Source: Candidatus Woesearchaeota archaeon (GTDB lineage Archaea > Nanobdellota > Nanobdellia > Woesearchaeales > SKGA01). Taken from it: a stretch of 20,734 bases of DNA. The position numbers were made by a program, and so were the translations under genes. Positions 15,428-20,734 of this stretch are shown one piece after another (position 1 is the first letter of the stretch; the number at the start of each line of letters is the position of its first letter). Location of the stretch: the NCBI GenBank assembly GCA_016926395.1, contig JAFGOT010000008.1:1-20734 (forward strand). Direction: 5' to 3'. The notes beneath the pieces were generated by a model that worked only from the letters and a program-made list of their open reading frames with translations, was not told where the DNA came from and did not search any database.

Positions 15428-15463
15428 AAAAAAACGTTAAATTGTAGTTTCCCACAATCTAAC
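15428..15463 (-). terminator. Hairpin plus U7 terminator of the lipoprotein operon
   Basis: GTTAGATTGTGG-GAAA-CTACAATTTAAC forms a 12-bp stem with two G-U pairs and a GNRA loop, followed by G-TTTTTTT. Confidence 0.7.
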
Positions 15464-15483
15464 AAGCATAGACAAATCAGCTA

Positions 15484-16485
15484 TTAACTTAACACACCTA
15501 CATCAGTTATTACTATACTGTCTTGAAGAGTTTCTCCATATCTATAACGCATGTCAACACTCAATAAGTCTTGATAGTAAGTTTTTGCACTTCCAGTACT
15601 TTCAACATTACAAGTTATTGTTCTTGGAGTTCCTTCAAACAAAGTTACTTCTCCTGTTGCTTCATGTCCAGATGATGTAAATCCTGCACACTGTAGGTTT
15701 GCTTCGGATTGTTCGGGTAAGTGAACTTTTACTTCAACTTTGTTTCGGTCTGGGTTTTGTAATGCATAACTACATCCATTATCGCTACCAGCCTTGAATA
15801 CATCACCAGTTCCAACATGTCCTATTTTAATAATTAAAGTAACTTTACTTCCTCCTTGAGGAATCTCATTCATTTCAATTACTTGAACTGGGCCTGCAGA
15901 GTTATAAGGTTTTTTTTGCTCATTTACTTTACAAATTTCTTGTTGTTTTTGATTAACAAGAGCTCCTGTTACATCTCCAACCATACAAATTTGTGTTGTT
16001 GATCTTGTTTCATAATCATAACAAAGATTTAGATTGTATGTTATTGGTGTATCTCCCATTGCATCAGCTTTGTAACTTAATCCTTCAAAGGTAAGTACTG
16101 TTGATTGTCCCGGTTGAATATTTCCGCCAATAATTTTTCTTGCACCCGGCAAAGGAGCATCTAATCTTTGTGTTAGATCTGCTTCAGTGATTCCAAATTG
16201 AGAAGAAGAAATTCCTGATAGTTCTAAGAATAATTCATCTCCTTTGGTTGTATCAATGTCATACTCTCCAACGTTATTTAATCGTAGTTGGATTCCAAAT
16301 GGTGAATTTCCATTATCCAGTATTGCACCAACTTCATTTGGTGGCATTCCGGGTACTTGTTCCATTTCTATTGCCTGAGTTCCTCCAATAAATGGTGCGA
16401 ATACAGGACCATTAGGTGTTTGTTCTCCACACGCAGTTAGGACCAATGCCATTGCTACGAGTGCGATTAGTAAAATTTTTTTCAT
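15484..16485 (-). CDS. Secreted lipoprotein, six-Cys beta-sandwich family paralogue 3 (333 aa, minimal core)
   Basis: MKK, hydrophobic stretch and lipobox LTAC (Cys19). Shared family motifs. SD AGGAGG at 16497-16502. Confidence 0.8.
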   Translation of the reverse strand: MKKILLIALVAMALVLTACGEQTPNGPVFAPFIGGTQAIEMEQVPGMPPNEVGAILDNGNSPFGIQLRLNNVGEYDIDTTKGDELFLELSGISSSQFGITEADLTQRLDAPLPGARKIIGGNIQPGQSTVLTFEGLSYKADAMGDTPITYNLNLCYDYETRSTTQICMVGDVTGALVNQKQQEICKVNEQKKPYNSAGPVQVIEMNEIPQGGSKVTLIIKIGHVGTGDVFKAGSDNGCSYALQNPDRNKVEVKVHLPEQSEANLQCAGFTSSGHEATGEVTLFEGTPRTITCNVESTGSAKTYYQDLLSVDMRYRYGETLQDSIVITDVGVLS

Positions 16486-16503
16486 TTTATTCTTTTCCTC
16501 CTA

Positions 16504-17847
16504 TTAATAAGATTTTTTAACAGTCATTGTTCTTTTCATTGTTTCTGCGTAACCATAAGCAACTTCCACTATTAGTGGTGTTTGGAATGCAGATCCAATT
16601 CTTTGGAAATTATAGTCATAATGACATCTTACTTCTCCATGACCATTATCAAGACGCACTCCATCCCACCTATCAGGCGTACAAGTTAGGTGTTGATTTC
16701 CTATTCTTACATCTGTTAGGTAAACTTTGTTGTAAACTCTTGTTGTCGGTCTTATTGGATAATAAGGACTACACTGTTCTATGTGTGTTGCATCATATAC
16801 TGTTCCGCCGCCCACATTGTCAATGTTAATAACAAATGTTGTTCCTTTGTTTGAAGAATCAACTTGTTCTATTGAAGTTATTTTTACTGGTGCACCAGTT
16901 CCTTTATTGTATGTTATTCTTTGTGGATAACATACTTTTCTTTCTTGACTAAATGGGTCAGGATCAATACAAACTTGCGGTGCAGCATAAGTAGCATATA
17001 AGTAACAATTTGTTACCATTATTGGAACTTCTGCTTGGTCAAGACCTTGTGGGAAGTTTCTTATTTCTCCTCTAAATAAAATAGAGTCTCTTTCTCCACC
17101 AGGATAATCAGCTAAGTCAGGCTTTAATCTATATTCTAAACCATTATACTGTCTAAAGTTAATCCCTTCTAAGTAGATTATCATCCCTCGACCATGATTT
17201 AAGTATTCAAAATTGAAATCATCATCAAATCCTAAAGATAAATGGTCTCCGCCAGGATTAGAGTCATATGCTAAGGAAATTCCGTCTAAGAAATTTGATT
17301 CAACACCAACTAAATCTAGAAAAGGCGATAAGCTATTTACTTTAAATCCCCAATCGTCAGCACTGTTTCGGTGACCTGAAACTCCCATTCCTGCACAATT
17401 CCATGCTCCAGATATACTATTCCAGAAACTTCCACCAACTGCGTTACCTGAGAAGCCTACATCAATCAGGCAATCTCCCCAATCAGCTCCATATTCTATT
17501 ATTGAAAGTGCTTGACCTTCTTCATCATATAATTCAATCATTGAAGGATCGTATCCAGAAATGTATAACGCACCTAGAGTATACGCTGTTCCTTCATTAT
17601 GTAAGTCCACAATTACATCAAATACATTGTCATCTGGAGATGCATCGCTATGATAATACATTCTTGAGGGTGGACTTGAAGGGTCACTAAACATCATCGT
17701 TACTCCTTGTGTCCCCGTATAATAGTTTCTGTTTGGATCAGCAGTTTGTTTTCTACCTGCTCCTGAAAACATATCTCCTGCGCTACACGCGCTTAATGCC
17801 AAAGTTGTAACTAGAAGAATTGCAATAAGTATTTTTGTATATTTCAT
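16504..17847 (-). CDS. Secreted lipoprotein, paralogue 2 (447 aa, core plus about 120-aa insertion); start corrected to ATG 17847
   Basis: Lipobox LSAC (Cys21). SD GAGGTG at 17858-17863. Shared family motifs. Confidence 0.8.
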   Translation of the reverse strand: MKYTKILIAILLVTTLALSACSAGDMFSGAGRKQTADPNRNYYTGTQGVTMMFSDPSSPPSRMYYHSDASPDDNVFDVIVDLHNEGTAYTLGALYISGYDPSMIELYDEEGQALSIIEYGADWGDCLIDVGFSGNAVGGSFWNSISGAWNCAGMGVSGHRNSADDWGFKVNSLSPFLDLVGVESNFLDGISLAYDSNPGGDHLSLGFDDDFNFEYLNHGRGMIIYLEGINFRQYNGLEYRLKPDLADYPGGERDSILFRGEIRNFPQGLDQAEVPIMVTNCYLYATYAAPQVCIDPDPFSQERKVCYPQRITYNKGTGAPVKITSIEQVDSSNKGTTFVINIDNVGGGTVYDATHIEQCSPYYPIRPTTRVYNKVYLTDVRIGNQHLTCTPDRWDGVRLDNGHGEVRCHYDYNFQRIGSAFQTPLIVEVAYGYAETMKRTMTVKKSY

Positions 17848-17888
17848 TAGCTTTTCACACCTCAAGTACTTTTATTTTGTTTTTTTAG

Positions 17889-17904
17889 CTTTATATAGCT
17901 TTTT
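17889..17904 (-). promoter_or_regulatory. Internal promoter for paralogues 2 and 3
   Basis: Minus strand reads AAAAAGC-TATATAAA-G in a 64-nt intergenic gap, implying a TSS near 17866 just before the SD. Confidence 0.6.
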
Positions 17905-17911
17905 ATGATAT

Positions 17912-19540
17912 TTATATATCAGCCGACTCTACCTTCGAACTCGCACCCAATCTATCTTTTACAGCATAACAAAGTTTTTGTTCGTTGTTAGCAGGTATAT
18001 CTACCACATATTGGAATCCCTCATTAGCTAAAACTCCTTTAATTTTGCTCATGTTATCAATATCTAAGCTTCCACAGTTAGTTTTTGAGTCAACAAATTG
18101 ATAGTAACCGTATTCTTCACATCCACATAGTTTTTCCACATAATATTTGTCATCAAAGTCGTTACAAACCCATGTAAATTGTATTGGATTAAGTTTGGTT
18201 CCTAAAATAGTGTGTTTTGAAACAAATGGCTTTCGGTTATTATCTCCTTGAAGACATTCAGGCCAACCACAATATGTCCCTCTCATGCATAAATCGGAAG
18301 AATTGGTTGTGCATAGCCCATCAGCATCATGACAAGAGTCAGGTGTTGAGTAAATACAAGATAAACCACTCCATTGTTGATTGTATGGTAAATCTAGTTT
18401 TTTGACTTTGTCTAAGTAAGTACTATTATGTTTTCCGTAATACTCGCAATTATCTACGCAAGTTTTAGTTTCTTGATCATATGTTTTCCATGCAGCACAA
18501 TAGCTTGGTCCAAGAGGTTTTATCATGGATATTAAATTGTCATCAGCTTGTTTTATGACTACTTCTTTTGAGAACACTTCTGTGTAAAAATATTTTAGAG
18601 TTACTCTAAGAGAGGACATATAGTTTGCTACATTTCCAGGAATTTTTGATTCTGTTAATTGACATTCTATTTTTGTTTCTCCTGCTCTTAGAACAGGTAG
18701 GGAACAATCAAGTTTTTCTTCTCCAAGATATGCATCTATTCTCATCTGATTCGGCTTTGCTTCTTTCATATCACCACAAACATGAGTTACTCCTTTGTTT
18801 GGTATTGTGACCGCATCAAGTAAGCTTTCATTAAAATTGTAAACAAGACCATTTCCTTCATTCTTTACATATATTACAAATCTTGGTTGAACTAGTGTTC
18901 CACGCGGAATCATTTGAACATCTACTGCAGTTATTGCTACAGGAGCTCCTTGTCCTTGTCCATATTTTTTATCTTCTGCTTGACACGCATCAACTCTTAT
19001 GTCTGCTTTTTGGGGGTCAGAATCTATACATATTGCCTCAGCAAATGTTGTTTGGTATGGATAACAAATGTTTAAACCAAAGTCTAAATGAGATGTTTCG
19101 AAGTTAGTTGGAACTTCTTTTGCTCTAAATCTATCAATTGCAAAATAATTTTGTTCTCCACTAGGATAATAGTATGATTTTCCAAAAAGAGATATTATTC
19201 CATCGTTGATATATGAACCTCTATAATATCCTGTTTCTAAATCGGTTATTCTCTCTACTTTTGAACTATCATAAATCAAAGATGCTTTTGCGCTATAATT
19301 TTCTGCTAATGAGAACGCACCTTTATTTGAAATAAACATTTGCACATCAAAGTCGCTAGTTTCAAACATTTCCGATGGTGGAGCTTGGTCTAAATAATTA
19401 ACTACCAATCCTTCATTTCCTACATAAAAGTTTTCTGTTGCAGCCCTATTTATTTTTCCAGGCGAGACTGCAGGCATAGTACATGAAGATGATGCTAAAA
19501 GCAATAATATAAAGATGATGAACAGATATTTTCTTATCAT
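17912..19540 (-). CDS. Secreted lipoprotein, paralogue 1 (542 aa, core plus Cys-rich C-terminal extension)
   Basis: Signal peptide ending ASSSC (Cys20). Shared family motifs. 14 further Cys in residues 331-542. Confidence 0.78.
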   Translation of the reverse strand: MIRKYLFIIFILLLLASSSCTMPAVSPGKINRAATENFYVGNEGLVVNYLDQAPPSEMFETSDFDVQMFISNKGAFSLAENYSAKASLIYDSSKVERITDLETGYYRGSYINDGIISLFGKSYYYPSGEQNYFAIDRFRAKEVPTNFETSHLDFGLNICYPYQTTFAEAICIDSDPQKADIRVDACQAEDKKYGQGQGAPVAITAVDVQMIPRGTLVQPRFVIYVKNEGNGLVYNFNESLLDAVTIPNKGVTHVCGDMKEAKPNQMRIDAYLGEEKLDCSLPVLRAGETKIECQLTESKIPGNVANYMSSLRVTLKYFYTEVFSKEVVIKQADDNLISMIKPLGPSYCAAWKTYDQETKTCVDNCEYYGKHNSTYLDKVKKLDLPYNQQWSGLSCIYSTPDSCHDADGLCTTNSSDLCMRGTYCGWPECLQGDNNRKPFVSKHTILGTKLNPIQFTWVCNDFDDKYYVEKLCGCEEYGYYQFVDSKTNCGSLDIDNMSKIKGVLANEGFQYVVDIPANNEQKLCYAVKDRLGASSKVESADI

Positions 19541-19541
19541 T

Positions 19542-20734
19542 TTAGATCACCTGAATTGGATTTTCGTATATGTGTTTTTGTTCATAGTCATACATCACGT
19601 TAAGTATTATTGATTCAGAGGACCATGCATTTGTTGGAACAAATTTATCTACATATTGTTCTTGCGCAAATATTTGACAATCAATTAATTCTTTTAAATC
19701 AACATTAAAACTGGATGAATTTGCTTCTGCTAACCATCGGTCGCCAACTTTGTTTATAGGGATTTTTTCTCCATTGTTTATTCCACTACAAGATATTTCA
19801 AGTCCTTCAGGCATTGAGAAACTTAGCGCTCTTATTGATTGAACTTCTCCTTCTAAATCTTGTGAAGATTGTTTTAGTTCAAATGTTAAATAAGATAATG
19901 GTCTTTCTGGCAAAGTATTTCTATCAACTATTAATGGATCAACATAAATCCATTGCCTATCAGCATTCTTATCATTTGCTGGATGAATAACCACAGGACC
20001 CGAACTAGCGATTATTTTTGGTTCGCCACCAATATAGTCTTTTACAGATTTATATTTTCCAGTATCAACAAAATTTTGATACAAAATATTTGATTGTTCA
20101 TAAGACATAATTCTAAGAGGCAACACAACCGAAGAATTATGACGATAATAAGATAAAATATCTATTTTGTATGACCCTCTTGGTAAATTGTCAAAAGTGC
20201 ATTCTACCCTAGGATAAAGAGTTGGAAGTAAGTCATCAGAACCCATTATCGGTCTTTGCATATCAAATGATTCAGGGTTTGTTTTTCCAGAATACTTATT
20301 CGCCATACATTCTGTTCGAAGCGTTGTTGGTTGGAATACCTTGCCCTCAAAATCAATTAGCATCGTTACTCGTTCACCTTCTTGATACGTTTGTTTTAAT
20401 GATCTAACATCAGATATTTTTACCCCTATGTATTCTGCAGTCTCTTCTTGGGGGGCAGTATTAATGTCTTCTCCACGCCCCGCATTCATAGAGTCTTCTA
20501 CCCAAGACATTATTCTGTCAATTAAATCTGCTTTTTCAACAGCAATCGCTGCTTCTGTTTGTAATTGGTCTTGTCGTGCTTGAATTTTTTCTGTGTTTTG
20601 AAATGTTCCAATCATATAAGGAACCGATACCACAAGTAAAGTTATCACTGCAAATATACCTATTGCTTTTCCTGATAAAACTCCACCAAAGTGTAAAGTA
20701 AACAAAAGCATAAAAAATAACAATATTATTTTGA
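19542..20734 (-). CDS. Membrane-anchored exported beta-rich protein, 5'-partial (frame open to the window edge)
   Basis: Two hydrophobic segments, a helical stalk, then a beta-rich region with SSGPVVI, C..C pairs and a terminal IILNVMYDY. No in-frame stop upstream of 20723. The stop is 1 nt from the next ATG. Confidence 0.72.
   Translation of the reverse strand, partial: KIILLFFMLLFTLHFGGVLSGKAIGIFAVITLLVVSVPYMIGTFQNTEKIQARQDQLQTEAAIAVEKADLIDRIMSWVEDSMNAGRGEDINTAPQEETAEYIGVKISDVRSLKQTYQEGERVTMLIDFEGKVFQPTTLRTECMANKYSGKTNPESFDMQRPIMGSDDLLPTLYPRVECTFDNLPRGSYKIDILSYYRHNSSVVLPLRIMSYEQSNILYQNFVDTGKYKSVKDYIGGEPKIIASSGPVVIHPANDKNADRQWIYVDPLIVDRNTLPERPLSYLTFELKQSSQDLEGEVQSIRALSFSMPEGLEISCSGINNGEKIPINKVGDRWLAEANSSSFNVDLKELIDCQIFAQEQYVDKFVPTNAWSSESIILNVMYDYEQKHIYENPIQVI

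Noticed and set aside
15484-19540. Fusexin/HAP2 or aerolysin assignment for the lipoproteins
   Set aside because: Size, lipobox anchoring and Cys pattern match neither by eye. Kept only as folds to test structurally.
16527-20407. Short plus-strand ORFs within the lipoprotein cluster
   Set aside because: Antisense shadows with no supporting features.
1-20734. CRISPR array, rRNA, tRNA, transposase or integrase
   Set aside because: No regularly spaced repeats or recognisable signatures, and the intergenic gaps are short and largely explained by promoters and terminators.

Overview
AT-rich, gene-dense archaeal window, most likely a DPANN genome (Woesearchaeota-like). This assignment is inferred from the archaeal histone, single-unit EndA, FEN1 with PIP box, Sec11-type signal peptidase, NMD3, RFC small subunit and TATA-led transcripts. 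The left 14.5 kb is informational housekeeping (histone, rnz, endA, fen, smc, nmd3, a PRC-barrel gene, rfcS). It is interspersed with accessory or unexpected genes: an LMW phosphatase, an orphan ORF, a winged-helix/degenerate restriction-fold protein, an acidic protein, a pentapeptide-repeat protein, a SAM methyltransferase with an apparent premature stop, a bacterial-type RNase HIII and a divergent LDH/MDH. The right 5.3 kb (minus strand, running off the window edge) holds the best candidate for an undescribed system. It is a tandem cluster of at least four secreted beta-rich proteins: three lipobox-bearing paralogues sharing six invariant cysteines, plus one membrane-anchored distant relative. 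The cluster has an internal promoter, strong SD sites and a 12-bp hairpin terminator. No rRNA, tRNA, CRISPR array, transposase or integrase was seen. All protein calls come from motif recognition by eye; no database searches were run.
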